64,000 nt of DNA from Bugula neritina (GCA_964035545.1 OZ037767.1:31760628-31824627); one strand, 5' to 3'; counted from the stretch's first letter, positions 1 through 15,700 are shown. Notes: generated by a model not told the origin, from the letters alone. A program made the numbers and translations.

Positions 1-3000
1 GGTAGCCAGGGGTGGTCATCAAACTACTATAAAATACAATTAAACTTCTATAAAATGCAATCAGCATCAAATGAAAGAGGACCGAATAGACATAAACCAC
101 CTGTCATTAGCTTTCAAAACTGACATCATATGGTGACATGTTTTCACTTTGAAATACCCTAAAAAGTCTTGATTCAAACAAGATTGAGTACCTACAGTGT
201 TGCTTCATTTCTTATGCTGAATTTATGTAGTTTATTTGGCTGCTGCTTGCATGTCTCTTATTTTGAAAACTACAGACCAGTGTTCTACCACACGAAGCAC
301 ATTGCCAATGGGGGGGGGGGGGGTGAAACTCTGTGACCCAGTGTATTTTTCAATGGCTTTACTGTCTTTTTATTAATTGTTTCATTTTGAAGTCACATAT
401 GCTATTCTCAATAATGCATAACCATAATTAAATGGTAAAACCGAAACTGAAAAGTTAGTAAAATTTGTGAAACTACTGCAAAAATATTTTGCAGCGATCT
501 TTCAGTATTTGGACCGCAGTGCCAAGTTTGGAGTGACCCTAGCTTTAGATATTAGCACCTCCTAAATCATAAAACTTGTACACAGACAAGCAACCCCCAT
601 GTAGAAACTAGACTAGAAATGGGGCTAACCTTAGCATGCCATAGAATATTTCCACTTTGATAATGATGCCTGTCTAGCAACAGCTCTTTCATAAGCTGGT
701 TTATTGAATAATGTTCAGTTGTGACACACCTATGAAAAACCTGCCCTTACCTGCCAAGCAAACTTTAGCAGCTGTAGTCTAGTGCCATATGACAATGAAC
801 ACCTTTTGGTAAAAATTAGGTTGAAAGAACAAATAGTTTGCTTCAATAGAAGAAAATTTCTAATAACATTGACATACGACTGTTAGACAACAAATTTGCT
901 CCTGATTTTAAAATGGTTTTACAGAGCAATTTTAACTTGAATTGAATTGTTAAAAAAGTAACATAACTAACATTTTCATACTCCATCTTAACTTGGTCTA
1001 ACCTCCAACAGAGTTAGACTTGTTTTAAATGCGCTCAATAGTCATAACTACCGAGTTTCAACGATGATACTCACATTTTATTGCTATACTCAGTTTCACT
1101 ATGACAATTATAGTCATAATGAAAGTCAAAGTGAATATGAAAGTCACAATGAGCAAGTGAAACTCAGATAATGATATGGATATAAACCAACTAAATATAA
1201 TTTTAACATTACCATAAATACCAGCAACAGTGATCAAAGTAAAATCTTTTACTTTAAAAGTGGACCTACATTACAAACAGTGATATTCAATTTCATATTA
1301 CTAGTACTAGCAGTAATAGTACTAGCAGTAATAGTACTAGCAGTAGCAGTATAATACATTACTAGTATATTTATAATTGAATTATATTACTATATAACTC
1401 AACATTATAATTATTAGAGTTACATTTACACCAAACATTGTGTAAACTCTTACTATAACTTATAGACATATTTATAGTATAAGTATATAGTATAAGTCTT
1501 AGTAATAGTTAGCAAGGGCATTTCTGATTTTACATTCACTATTGAACTTGAACTCACCACTAATTGTAAAAGCTGTGGTCATATTCATATTGAATGTCAA
1601 TGTGGTACTGGTAGCTGTTGTAGTCCGGCAATGGGTTGTAATCTAAGTCTTACGGCTAGTGTTACGATTTGTGTTTAAATAGTTATAACTAATACACACT
1701 CTCAAAACAAATGTGAAATAAAAAAATAAAAATTAATAGGAGTAGTCAGCTACTCAGTAGTAGTAGTATAAGTACGGAGTACGACTGGCTCCGGCTCTCA
1801 ACTTGAACTTCTGACTTGTAGAGCTTATATCCTATACAACGACCTTGGTAGTAATTGCTTTTAAATAGTGCGATGTTGGCAGTTGCAAGCATTAGTCTTG
1901 GTAAGCAATGTAATCAGTAGACAGTGAGTAGACAGCTAGTAGCTGTGTACGACAAAGTCAAACTGAAACCTCAATTGATAGAAGCAAACGCTTTCTTTTT
2001 TGTTATTGTAGCCTTTGGTTTTCAAAATATACATTTTAGGCTAGGGGGGAAACTAAATATCGATTCAATTAGCGTGTTTAGACAACCATAGATTCGAGCT
2101 AATTGTAAAACTTAGATTTCTGTAGAGTGGGGAAGACAACAATGTTATTGTTATAAAAATAATTGCTATACTATGTCAACACAGCTGGGAGCTAGCTACT
2201 TAGTAACATGATTTGGCTTCAGCTCATTTAAAATATCCTAACAACAGTACACCAACTATTCCCATACAAATAAACTTCAAAATAGCATGGCCACAAGCTC
2301 TAAGACAAAGGTCAAATATAAATATAGGCTAAATTTTTCATCATTCATTGACTCATATAGAATTAATTGTAATTGTTTGCAATTAATTACATTATACTTT
2401 GGACTACTATTATTTATAAGTGAAATATTGCTGTACAGTTACGTGATTGATTGTAGGTCAGCAATTTTACATTACTTGCTAGTACAGTAGTAGTACATTG
2501 TGTTTGCTGATGCCATTTCCATCAGGCAACTTCCTTTTTAAAACAATGTTTTATTCGAATTGTAAACACGCCACGACTTATCTACAGACACCTGATTAAA
2601 TACGAGTAGAAGTGCTGCCTATAGTAAAACCAAATATGAAACTGCTGCTTATGCTATGTTAGAACTTACCAACTTATGTTTTGTAGGACAAGCCAGCCTG
2701 GCTAGGAGACACCCAGAACTACTTTAGCTGGGAGAGACGCAGTGAACACGTAGTGATTGGTTAGATCATTCAACCATGAACTCTGACAGGTTGACAGGCC
2801 TTATCTATATCTAAACCCTTCAGTATACTAATAATAATATATAATAAATGGTTATCATTCCAATTATATGTTGTGGCATATATAATAGTAAATAGTAATA
2901 GGCCTACATCATTATACACAACTATTACCAGTGTTATAACTTCTGATAAGCCTATACTTTATTGACCAGTTCGTAAAATAATAGGCCAAATCTATTAAAC

Positions 3001-3289
3001 AAACAATACATGAACTGACTGTCATAACAAGCTATGCTCTAACTTAATCCGTTAATCTCCCTAATTTCTGGCTCCTGGTGTTAATTAGTTTCATGAGTAT
3101 GCAACTCCCAAATATAGTTGCAATATTCTCAGGCAATGCACTTACATCATCTATCCGTCCAGCAAGGGTTGATGGCTATTATATATTCCTATTATCTTAA
3201 TAGCCATAAATTCAGATTTTGTGTTAAATATGTTATTCTGTACATGAAGTTTCAGGTGTGTTGTAATATATTATAAGTATATCAGAATA

Positions 3290-3916
3290 CAAGTACTATA
3301 CTTACCTTCATGTAGCTGTATATAAGGTATAAATACTTTACTTACCTTCATGTAACTGTATATAAGGTATAAATACTGTACTTACCTTCATGTAACTGTA
3401 TATAAGGTATAAATACTACACTTACCTTCATGTAACTGTATACAAGGTATAAATACTGTACTTACCTTCATGTAACTGTATATAAGGTACAAATACTTTA
3501 CTTACCTTCATGTAACTGTATATAAGGTATAAATACTTTACTTACCTTCATGTAACTGTATATAAGGTATAAATACTATACTTACCTTCATGTAACTGTA
3601 TATAAGGTATAATTACTATACTTACCTTCATGTAACTGTATACAAGGTATAAGTACTATACTTACCTTCATGTAACTGTATACAAGGTATAAATACTATA
3701 CTTACCTTCATGTAACTGTATATAAGGTATAAATACTATACTTACCTTCATGTAACTGTATATAAGGTATCAATACTATACTTACTTTCATGTAACTGTA
3801 TACAAGGTATAAATACTATACTTACCTTCATGTAACTGAATACAAGATATAAATACTATACTTACCTTCATGTAACTGTATATAAGGTATAATTACTATA
3901 CTTACCTTCATGTAAC
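3290..3916. repeat. 40-bp minisatellite, about 15 copies; unit contains a minus-strand splice-donor consensus (GAAG/GTAAGT)
   Basis: Unit TACTTACCTTCATGTAACTGTATATAAGGTATAAATACTA recurs every 40 bp. Confidence 0.95.
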
Positions 3917-5699
3917 CGTATATGCAGGATATTCATTGTATACTTACATTATAATAGCCAGGCTATGTTATAATATATAGAATATTAAACTAAATATTAC
4001 ACACCTTTTAGCAAGAACTATATAGAGTTGGCAAGCATTGCATATAGCAAGTGTGTAGCAAGTGCGGTATATAATAAGCAACTGCTGTATAGCAAGTGTG
4101 TAGCAAGTGCGGTATATAATAAGCAACTGCTGTATAGCAAGTGTGTAGCAAGTGCTGTATATTATGGTTATGATTGAGAATATTTATATTTGTATGCATA
4201 TGTCTGCATTATTTTATACACAATAATTTCACTGTTTCACTTCAGTAACTTTTAACAAAAGCAATTGAAATATAAACATGTGCATTCTTATACCACTAAA
4301 CACTTTTTGTTTTAAACAAGATTGTGGAATTTGTGATCATTCAAAGTTATTTTCAATACAATAGTATATCGCCAATATTATTATTAGGAAATAATGCATC
4401 TGAACTAGTAAGGTTGAAGTAAATTGAATTTCCACAATTGATTACCATAATACATTGCCACACCTGCATGCCCAGATATCTTATAAAGTTAAGTTACCTG
4501 AACAGTGGCAGGTTGATGATGAATTGTGTTGTACTTTGTCCCTGGAGCTTTAAATATCAAGGGTTTAAGTTTATATGAAGCTAAAAGCATAGTTTAGTAC
4601 ACAATTAGACAGTTTCAAAATAAGTTTTCAGCTCTACAAAGCTTTAGTTGTGGTACCAGTTGTTGTGAGCTTTAGCAAGTGGTAGCACACATTATGGTGC
4701 ACCCCTATCTATTGGAATGTATAGTGCAGGGGCCTGGGGTAGCTTTGTATAGCCTGAGGACCTGTTACAGGCCACTAGTGATCTGTTGGAACAGTCAAGG
4801 AGTTTCTAAATTTACAAATGTTTATTTATGGTTTGGTTTGACAATATTACTCATGTGTAAACAATATGTGTGGTTCTATGTGTATTGTGTAGTGGTAGCA
4901 CTCAGGTTATAAATTTCGTGAGACAAGTTCAGGACCTGCCTCTCCGGAAATGAATGAAACTATGAATTTTGTATATGTTTTAGAACATCTATTTGATAAT
5001 AATATGAGACAAAAGCTATAAGTCTAATAAAATTATAATAACCAGACCCAAATAAAATAGATAAATATATCTATCCTAGCGATCCTTTGAAATCTTGCTG
5101 TGTATAATATACTGGCAACAAAATTGATAAGCCTTTTAAACATAAATTTAGTGTAACTTTAAAGATCAAACGATTTCAAGATAGTTTCCTCAAACACAAC
5201 TCATATAACACAAACAAATTCCCAATTTCAACAATATTCCTTCAAGTGTGATTTATGTGACTTCAAAATAAATTTTTCAAATCAATGATAGCTTCTCCAA
5301 GTGCAAATTATACAATAACAAAACAAAATATAATAATGATAAAAAAAATTAGTACACCACAAAAAAAATAGATCAAGTTACTTACAATGAAGCTTCTCAG
5401 TCCAAAATTAATTAGATTTAATTCAGTTAAATATATTCTAAATTTTGTCACACAAAAACTAACACACTCCGACCCTTCAGATGGTTTTAACCAACTGTTG
5501 CTGCCTCTGCGCTGCCTTTTATAGTTTTGGATTTCCGAGACATGGGTGATGAGTCTAACCAAGTAAGTTGCTGGTTGGCCCGCTTGTTGGTGACATCATC
5601 CTGGTATTGACCATATAAGGATCTTCAAGGCTCATAAGTTGTACCAGCGTTAATTCTACCATAACCCATAGTCCGGAATATATGTTTTATAACAATAAG

Positions 5700-6491
5700 G
5701 TGTGTGTGTGTGTGTGTGTGTGTGCGTGTGTGCGTGTGTGCGTGTGTGCGTGTGTGTATATATATATATTATATATATCATATATAATATTATTATATAT
5801 ATAATATTATTATATATATAATATAATATATAATATATTGTATATAATATTATTATATATATAATATAATATATAATATATTATATATATTATATATAAT
5901 ATTATCATATATATATATTATATATATACATAATATAATATATAATATAAAAATATATAATATATTATTTTAATATATATATTATATGTAATATAATATA
6001 TAATATAATAATATATTACATATTATATATGATATTATTATTAATATAATATATATATATAATATAATATATGATATAATAATACATAATATATAACTAT
6101 AATATATATATTATATATATTGTATATGATATTATTATACATATATAATATAATATATAATATATTATATATATTATATATAATATTATCATATATATAT
6201 ATTATATATATACATAATATAATATATAATATAAAAATATATAATATATTATTTTAATATATATATTATATGTAATATAATATATAATATAATAATATAT
6301 TACATATTATATATGATATTATTATTAATATAATATATATATATAATATAATATATGATATAATAATACATAATATATAACTATAATATATATATTATAT
6401 ATATTGTATATGATATTATTATACATATATAATATATATAATTTAATATATAATATAATAATATATAATATATAATAATATATATTATATT

Positions 6492-6558
<67 letters not shown>
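5700..6558. repeat. (GT)n microsatellite followed by an AT-only low-complexity block with an internal direct duplication and a (TA)n run
   Basis: Read directly; about 5885-6150 is repeated at about 6165-6440. Confidence 0.9.
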
Positions 6559-6561
<3 letters not shown>

Positions 6562-7008
6562 AAATGAGTGTTTATAAAACGTTACTAGAGTGCTCTATAG
6601 AAATAAATCTAGAGCATAAACATTAGAAGAAGTAAAATGAGATTTGATTAATATAATGGCATTTATTACTAGTAGTTTCGTACACAAGAACGATGTGCAC
6701 TCGTCAGATAAATTAGCCACTATGATTGCTTACAACTATAGTTGCTAAAGTTAGCAGCACTTGGAGCTTTTTTAGCCAGTTAGAAATTAAAGAACAACAT
6801 TATTCAACTTCATTACTACAACAAAAAAATATTTTAGACAAAATGCAAGCTATAATAGTGTAATTATTGCATTGAAACCACAGCTATTCGAGGTACATTG
6901 TTATTAAGTGTAAAAACTTTTGTATATGTATAAAAAATCATGTATTTTGCTGGCAACATTGAATAAATCACTGTACAAGTTCAAATTTCATTGAATTTAA
7001 TCTTAAAT

Positions 7009-8229
7009 TCAAGTATGCCCTTTCAAACTATAGGCTGTGGCAGTTCTCTGTAGATTTTTTAAATAATGCGTAATGTCTTCAGAATTAACTGTTGCCCATT
7101 CCGGTGCTATGTTTTGGCACAACCTGTGAGATAAGCTATGTTTATGTCTTGACATAAAACTGAGACTCCAGTGATCTTGAGGGTAGTTGCTTTTGAAATG
7201 TTGCACTCTTCTCTCACATTTGTCAAAATAGGTCTTGACTATTATTCGAAAGTCTGTTTTATCTAATGGAAAGCCCCATTGAGCCAGCTTTGTAGTAGGT
7301 ATGGTCAACAATGGCTACCTCCTCTACTTGTGATAACACAGTTTGGCGTCCAGGCTTCAGCTTGTGTCTTCACGCGGCTCTGTTTTGTAGTGTTCCTTTG
7401 GTAATATCATATTTCTAGCCACTTCTTGTCAAGACTTTCCAGCTGCCAATTCTTGTGAATAAAGCAAAACCAATGATCTCCTCAGATATACCATATCTTG
7501 GAGATGTTACTTTTCTTTAATATTTTCTGAGTATAATTGTCTTGAAAAATACATTTTACAATGCATGGTCAAATTCTTATATAAAAAAAAACATTAAACA
7601 CAAAATTGCTGTCTGGGAACAAAAATGCATAATTCCCCATGTAATTATTTCATATTTCGGACTCTAAGTAATTGTTTCAAATATATAACTAAAGCATTGG
7701 GTATAGGTGAATCAAATGATTGTGCCTTTAGAGAGTAATGTACTATGTGTCTGAAGTAACAGAAAATTCGCAGCGCTGCCAGAAACCTACTTTGGAGTAC
7801 CATTTAGTCATGGCCAAAGTTACCCCAAATTCGTCAAAAATTGTACACAATGAATTCAAGACACATATTTTAATTTTAGATTTCAATTTATTTACCTAAA
7901 TTACAAATATCCTGGTTAAATACTTACCAAAGTTCTTTAATACAAAAAAGAAAATGAGTCCAGCTTTTCTAATGCCTTCAAATAGATTAAAGTTGGACAG
8001 CGCTGAAAATCTTGTTGTCAAACAGGAAATTGAAAATGGCTGACAGCAAGAAGCAGCAAATAAGTATATCAATTATTTTTCAGGAATAGGATGCACCAAT
8101 CTACAGTCAGTGCAAAAATACAATTAAAATATCTTTAGACTTTATAGATATAGCACCAGCTACATTTTAAACATTTTTTCCAAAGTGGCCAAAGTTACCT
8201 CAAGTGGCTAAAGTTACCCCATTTTACGG
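7009..8229 (-). mobile_element. Decayed pogo/Tigger-like (Tc1/mariner superfamily) DNA transposon, 5' portion only
   Basis: Minus-strand remnants KYDITKGTLQNR...KPGRQTVLSQVEE (HTH_psq-like, frameshifted, about 7330-7450) and LAQWGFPL...PQDHWSLSFMSRHKHSLSHRLCQNI (CENP-B-type HTH, ORF 7009-7311). A terminal-repeat-like end TA|CCGTAAAATGGGGTAACTT sits at 8229, with sub-terminal GGCCAAAGTTACC copies at about 7812 and 8187. No DDE core and no second terminus seen. Confidence 0.7.
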
Positions 8230-8690
<461 letters not shown>

Positions 8691-8839
8691 AATGGTGTAT
8701 AGTTTACCACTAAAGAGAGCTCAATGCAGTGCAGAGCAGAGTAAATAAAAGTAATGAACGATAAAATTTGATTTAAAACACTTTATTACTACTAGTTTCA
8801 TGTGCATTGAATGTACACAATCTTCAGATAAAATGTTAA

Positions 8840-8886
<47 letters not shown>

Positions 8887-10457
8887 TTAGATATATTATA
8901 AATATATATATATATTATGCATGCCAAATGTTTACTACAAATTTTAAAAATAGCATAATTTAAGTAGTATTACCGTGTCTATTTGCATCCAATTTACTAG
9001 TCTTACATTTATAGCAACTGTAACGTATTTTGTGTAAAATGGTTATTGCAAGCATTATTCAATTCATATTCACATTGTAATCACAGCGAAGCTTAAACTT
9101 TATAGCTTTGTATTTACGTGCATGAGTGAGTTACAATTTTTATTTTAATTTTATGTGCATTAAAAATGTGTTTAAAAATTTTATCAATAAACAAAACTAA
9201 AAAAAATGTACACATAAAATAGTAAAAAAAATAAAATAACAAAAGTGGCAAAATTTTTCCTTTATAACTTATATAAACTCGCGGTACCAATCTCGGCATA
9301 ATGGCGCCCAATTAATTCCGTAAGATTTCCTAAAGTCAACACTCCTAATATATACCACTCTGCACGCACGCACTAATTTTGCACGGGAGCTATTAATTTT
9401 AATAGTATTGCTGTGGCCTGCAAGTTAGTTGCTTGAACTCCAAGCTTCATCAGGTAACTTCCAAAATTGTTCAATATTGAATACTCATATTGGTCTTGAA
9501 ATGATGAATAGTCCAATTGAACGTATAATTGTAAGATATAATTTTAAAGTTTTATTTCATATTTATAATAAAAGATTAAAGAAGTAATTGTTTTAATTAT
9601 AAATATTATCATTATGATTATGATTATGATTATAAAATAAATATATTATAATTATTGCAGTTACTGTTACTGTTAGTCACTAAGTTAGTGTCAGTATTAA
9701 TATTACTATTATACTTTTATAATAATGTATTGATTTTGAATAATTATAATGAAATTTAATACTATCATCATGATATTTAATTTTATTGAATCATTCATAC
9801 TTCATTGAAATTTAATTATAGTAACAGTTTGAGTTATAAATATTTATGTTAATAAATATAACAATGATATAAATAATATTATTGAATTTGATAGCATTGA
9901 ATTTCATGAAATATTAAATGCAAATATTATAATAGACATAGTTGATATTTGATATTATTGATAATATTAATTATAATAATTATAATGTTATACCTATTCT
10001 AATTCTTGATATGATTTAGGATTTAAATTATATTTAACTTTCACTTTGTTACTATTAGTATTATCAATATTATAGTGATTTATTATAAATATACTGTTAG
10101 GGTTAGTATTGTTATATACTTATAGTCATTTTGTATCCTGTTTGTTGGGTCTTAATCCTGCAATTGTATGATTGATATTTTAAAATACTGTATTTTAGTG
10201 TATAACTTGTTTTAGTCTGAGTCGATGAGATGGAGAAGCAGATTTGCCAATGACTTGACAGGTGTTACTGCTTAGTCAAAGTGAGAAAAGATTTTATACA
10301 GTATATTTTGAATTGAGCAGTTCCCTGTAGCTGCATCACATTACGATCATTGTCAGGAGCCTTACAAAACCATTTTTTGTTGCAAGATATTTAGTTCTGT
10401 TACATAGACTAACAAATTGTATTTCAAGACTTGCATCATGACTAGTCAGTAATCTAA

Positions 10458-12594
10458 AGGTGTCATCCCACTTAGACGTTTCCCACTTAGACGTTTCCCA
10501 CTTAGACGATATTTATAGATTTTAGTGTAATATATGTATTTTATGCTATTAGTTAGCACATAATAGAAATCGAAGAAACCACCAGCAAGCCACCTACAGT
10601 AACAATGCTTCTATGAGAAGCCATCTTGCACAAACCTTAAACTTAAAGGTAAAAGATAGACAAAATATAATAAGAAAAAGTTGTAATATAGCAGTATGTG
10701 ATATACCATGAAACGCATTTGTGTATTTTATTTTGTTTTTCTGAATAAAATAAACTGTAGCTAAATTAGTATTGAGTTAAAGCAAGTAGTTGGCTTGGTA
10801 GCTTATTTCTTGTTTAGCAGTAAATGCAACAGTTATATTTGTATATTACATATAGGGGTAAGGGGTGGGGGGGGGGCACAACGGGCGAATTTTGAATTTT
10901 TTGCTCTCATTCGTCTGTTTTTCTAGTTACTAGTTCAATAGTATCTAGTCTAAATTCTGCATCTGTTGTCTATTACAGGTATCAGTTTGTTGTTTCTATC
11001 TCTCACAACTTTCAGAAAGATGAAATTTTCATGACGAAAAAATTGGCCCATTGTACCCAGGCACCGGGGTACAATGGGACACAACAAATATATTGAAACT
11101 TGGTTGATTTGGTTGCATCTAATCTTAATTTAATTAATATACACAAATAAATGAAAATACTCTTTCAGATCTAAAGCAAAATTCATGTTTTAACTGTACA
11201 GTTTGTGCCACTGTAGTAGTTTTGTGGGTTATAGAATGAAATCAGGCAGAGAACATAACTCCTTGTTATAGAAGAGACAAGAGAGAGAGGTTGCCGTGTG
11301 CTTGCAGTACTTTATTGTAGTAGAGAGAAGTGTCCAGTGTGAGCTCCAGTCCGCAAGTGACTGAAGCTCTAAAATGTGTGTCCTTTTATACCAGTGGAAC
11401 AAAGGACTTCTAGAACCTTCTACCGACAGTGGGCCGATGTTCGGCAGAGGTTACCGACATTCGTCATGTCGGTAACCGACACTGGAAATATCGGTAACCG
11501 ACATTCGGTCTGCCTGCATCCACCTGCCGAAATCGGTCCAACTGTCGGTTTACATGAATCAGCAAAAATGAACGCAACCAAGTGTATGCGTATTGTAACT
11601 TATAATTGGGGAAAGGGGATTAAATATTTACTATGCCAAAGGCTTAATAATAGCCATAGTATTTAAGGTATTAGAAAGTTACGCCATAGACTTAGCTGTA
11701 ACTACAGTATTTAGAAAAATAGCCATAAGTAATGTGTCAAGGGGGATAATTCCTAATATTTACCACACCACCACGGATAGCAGGGGAAGGCAAAATCAAA
11801 CGTACATCACTCATTTCTACGGTGCCATTATCATTACTGTTTAAAACTAAAAATGGAAATAAGCAAATCGCAATTTATTTTAGTCAAATACATGTATATT
11901 ACCTCAATTATATAATAAATAATGAATATCATGACTATCTACTAGTAGCAACAGCAGAGTGTTTTGTATTATGTATAAAATGGCAAAGCTATAACCTCAC
12001 CAGATGTATATATTAGGGGAGCTTCACCTTGTAGTTTGGTAGTCTTACCATGATACCTTTGGTATTTTACAAAAAGGTCAGAAATGGCTATATCTATAGA
12101 TATTAGTAACATTTCAACCAACTTTTTGGGCTAACAAACTAATAACAGTGATCAGGGTGCAATAATCAGGTGGCCCATTGTGCCCGGTAAGCTCAAGGAA
12201 AATTTATTTTATATTATTTTGGTTTTATACTAGTTAGGCAATGGAGAGACAAGCAATGGCAACAATATCAGTAAAATCTAGGCTTGTTGCCTTTGAGTGT
12301 AAAAAGTTATAAAGCTTTGATGACATTTTAAACAATTTATAAAAAGTAGGCAAAAACAGTTTTTGACTCGCCTCTTCAACACGTAGGTTCCGCAAATGTT
12401 GAAACTACAATGGCCAAATAATTATGTCAGTACCTTAATATTAAAAAAATCACAGCTTTAAGTTAATAAGTTCTCTCACAATTTGGCCGGCTTTTTGTAC
12501 CCCTATGACTGTTGTGCCCCCCCCCCCCTACCCCTATATTGTACCAAAATAAAAAAATTATCCAAGTGGGAAACGTCTAAGTGGGATGAAACGG
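10458..12594. mobile_element. Non-autonomous TIR element (outer element of a nest)
   Basis: Left end GGTGTCATCCCACTTAGACGTTTCCCACTTAGACG; right end CCAAGTGGGAAACGTCTAAGTGGGATGAAACGG (inverted match over about 28 bp). CTAA flanks both sides (possible 4-bp TSD). Confidence 0.7.
10855..12534. mobile_element. Non-autonomous TA-targeting TIR element (MITE-like, probably Tc1/mariner superfamily) nested in the outer element
   Basis: TA|GGGGTAAGGGGTG(G)nCACAAC at left, GTTGTG(C)nTACCCC|TA at right. Internal GGCCCATTGT(A/G)CCC motifs at about 11045 and 12172. No transposase ORF. Confidence 0.8.
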
Positions 12595-12759
12595 CTAATT
12601 AGTAAAGCTATTGTAAGCAGCTTTTTACAGAGAGCTTTATAATATACTGCAGCACAAGTGGTGTGTAGTGTCTGCATTGACTGTGACATTTACAAGGTCA
12701 AATGCTGAAATTATTGGCAGAATTGAGACTTCATCTGTTGAACTTTTAGCTTCAGAGTC

Positions 12760-15700
12760 ATGGATCTTACACAGTTCTCTGGTTTAGGAGACGTGAATCT
12801 CCATTTGTCTAATGTAGCCGACTACCTCACAGTACCAGAGGTTAGTAGTGTGTTACCTCACAGTACCAGAGGTTAGTAGTGTGTTACCTCACAGTACCAG
12901 AGGTTAGTAGTGTGTTACCTCACAGTACCAAAGGTGTGTAGTGTGTTACCTCACAGTACCAGAGGTGAGTAGTTTGTTACCTCACAGTACCAGAGGTTAG
13001 TAGTGTGTTACCTCACAGTACCAGAGGTGTGTTACCTCACAGTACCAGAGGTTAGTAGTTTGTTACCTCACAGTACCAGAGGTTAGTAGTGTGTTACCTC
13101 ACAGTACCAGAGGTGTGTTACCACACAGTACCAGAGGTGTGTAGTGTGTTACCTCACAGTACCAGGCAGATGTTCACTGTTCCATGATACATTAATAATT
13201 AATATTATATATGTACATTATATATAGTCTGAGTTACATGGTATTATACGTATGTATAGTCTGAGTTACGTGGTATTATACGTATGTATAGTCTGAGTTA
13301 CATGGTATTATATGTATGCATAGTCTGAGTTACATAATATTATACGTATGTATAGTCTGAGTTACGTGGTATTATACGTATGTATAGTCTGAGTCACATG
13401 ATATTATACGTATGCGTAGTCTGAGTACAGCCCTCCACCCATACCTGTGGATATACCTACATTCAAGGAACTGGAGAATTTAGAGAATCCAAACTTTGGG
13501 AAGGAGTGGAGAAAGTACTTCCACCTGAGTGATGTAAGGCACCATATAACAAGTCACCAGTTTCAAGTGTAAACTCTAGATGAATATTTAATGTTTACTT
13601 ATTATCTCATTGTGAGTTTTAACATTTGCTTAACTTAAGTTTCTTTTATATTATTTTGGACTAGCATTCAAATTGGGATTGAATGCTAGAAATGTGTATG
13701 TATTTACAGGAATTTGTGTTTATTAACCACGGAGCCTTGGGGTGTACACTGAAAGACTCGTTGGGTGTAGCTCAGGTAAGTAAAAGCCTCTCAAGTACAA
13801 CTACAAATAATTCAAGTCATTCAAGTAATTCAAGTCATTATGTAAGTTGAGTAGTGAGCACACTCATAGTGTATGTAGTTAGGTTGTATGTATATTGAAA
13901 ATATTAAGTCCAGCTGTATGCATGGCCAGAGTTACTGCTCCCTATTATCATTGTGGGGACAACTCATAGCAATATATAACAGGCATATGAAAGATATATG
14001 GATACTCAACCTCTGCGAGCAATAGACAGGGAAATGGTCCCTTTATTATGTCACGTGAAAAGAAAGATGGCCGAGTATATAAGATGTGACGCTACAGACG
14101 TGTTTTTAACGGAGAACTGTTCAGCTGGTATCAATACTGTACTGAGAAGTCTAGAGTTTGGTGAGGGGGACACTATCTTAACCCTTAGTTTAGGTTATGG
14201 TAAGTGGGTAGAACTCAACTATCTTATTATATGACACTTTTCTGTTGCAACGAATTTATATTATGCTCTCTTGTGCAAAAGGTATATAAATAATATGATA
14301 TACGGTAGGAGCTGTGGCCTTCGCAGTGGACAGCGTCTGCAAGAAATCTGGAGCCAGACATCATGTGCTACAAGTGGATCTGCCGGTGAGAGACGAGAAC
14401 GAGGTATGCCACTGCGTGCAGTGAGATGTCCCTATTTCTTATGTATTTGTATATCTGTGGGGCGTGGGGAACATGAACTAATAGTATCACCTTGCCTTGA
14501 AAATATCACATGATGATATATCATTTCCCAGCGTAGCTTTTACTTCAACTACATACATATAAGTAATTTACATTGGCAGTTGACAAGTTCTAAGTGTGTG
14601 CTGTTACTACATGAACTGTCAGTATATATTACAACTGCATAATATATTCTGATAACTTCCGGATACTTTCCAGATTGTAGATGTCGTCAGAAATGGTTTA
14701 TTTGACGGAATCAAGTTGGCCATATTCGATCACATCCCCTCCAACGCCTCTTTCATCCTCCCCATCAAACAACTCATTGACATCTGCAAGGAAAGGTCAG
14801 TGCTCTCTCCTTGTAAAATAGACACGCCTAACAGTTTATAAAGTAAAATGTGCATTTGACATACCCAATTATGTTAGAAACTGTTATGGATTGAATTAAA
14901 TTGAACAGATGACTTCATACAGTTTGTATTACCAGCATGGAATGGTAATTTTGATACAGAAGCAAGAAACGTACTAAATGTATATTGCGGACATCTTTTA
15001 TGTTAGTCCTTGCTTTGAAGCACTTCCACATATTATTATAATACACATTCCTTTGACCTGTAGAGACATCCTTGTGCTAATAGATGGAGCTCACTCTCTT
15101 GGTCAGCTAGACATCAATGTCAGTTCTTACGGGGCGGACTTCTACGTCACGAACTGTCACAAGTGGTTCTGTAATACCAGAGGCTCGGCCATAGCTTATG
15201 TTAGAAAGGAGTTACAGGAGCGGATAAAGCCTTTGGTTGTATCTTGGGGGTACAACAAGGGGTTTATGGCAGAGCTTGGTTGGTCTGGCACTCAATACTA
15301 CAGTCAGTATGTTTCTCTGTTATCAACTCTGAACTTCTGGAGAACTGTTGGTGGTGATGTCATCAGGTCATACTGTTCAGCCACTGTGAAACAAGCAGGT
15401 AGTATCTATAGTCTATACTAGGTTTATATTATATTATATTATCTATTATATTATATTATGTATTATATTATATTATGTATTATATTATATTATGTGTTAT
15501 ATTATATTAATGTATTATACATATTATACATGTAGTATAATACTGTACAATCACAATAATTAAAACTTTACTTAGCCTCTACTATTCTGTTTACAGCTCG
15601 GCTTTGCTGTGAAAAATGGAAGGTGGAACCTGTGTGCCCTGAACATATGATTGGTTAGTGCTTAATAGAATGTTGTGTGGGTAATGTTATACGCTATGTG

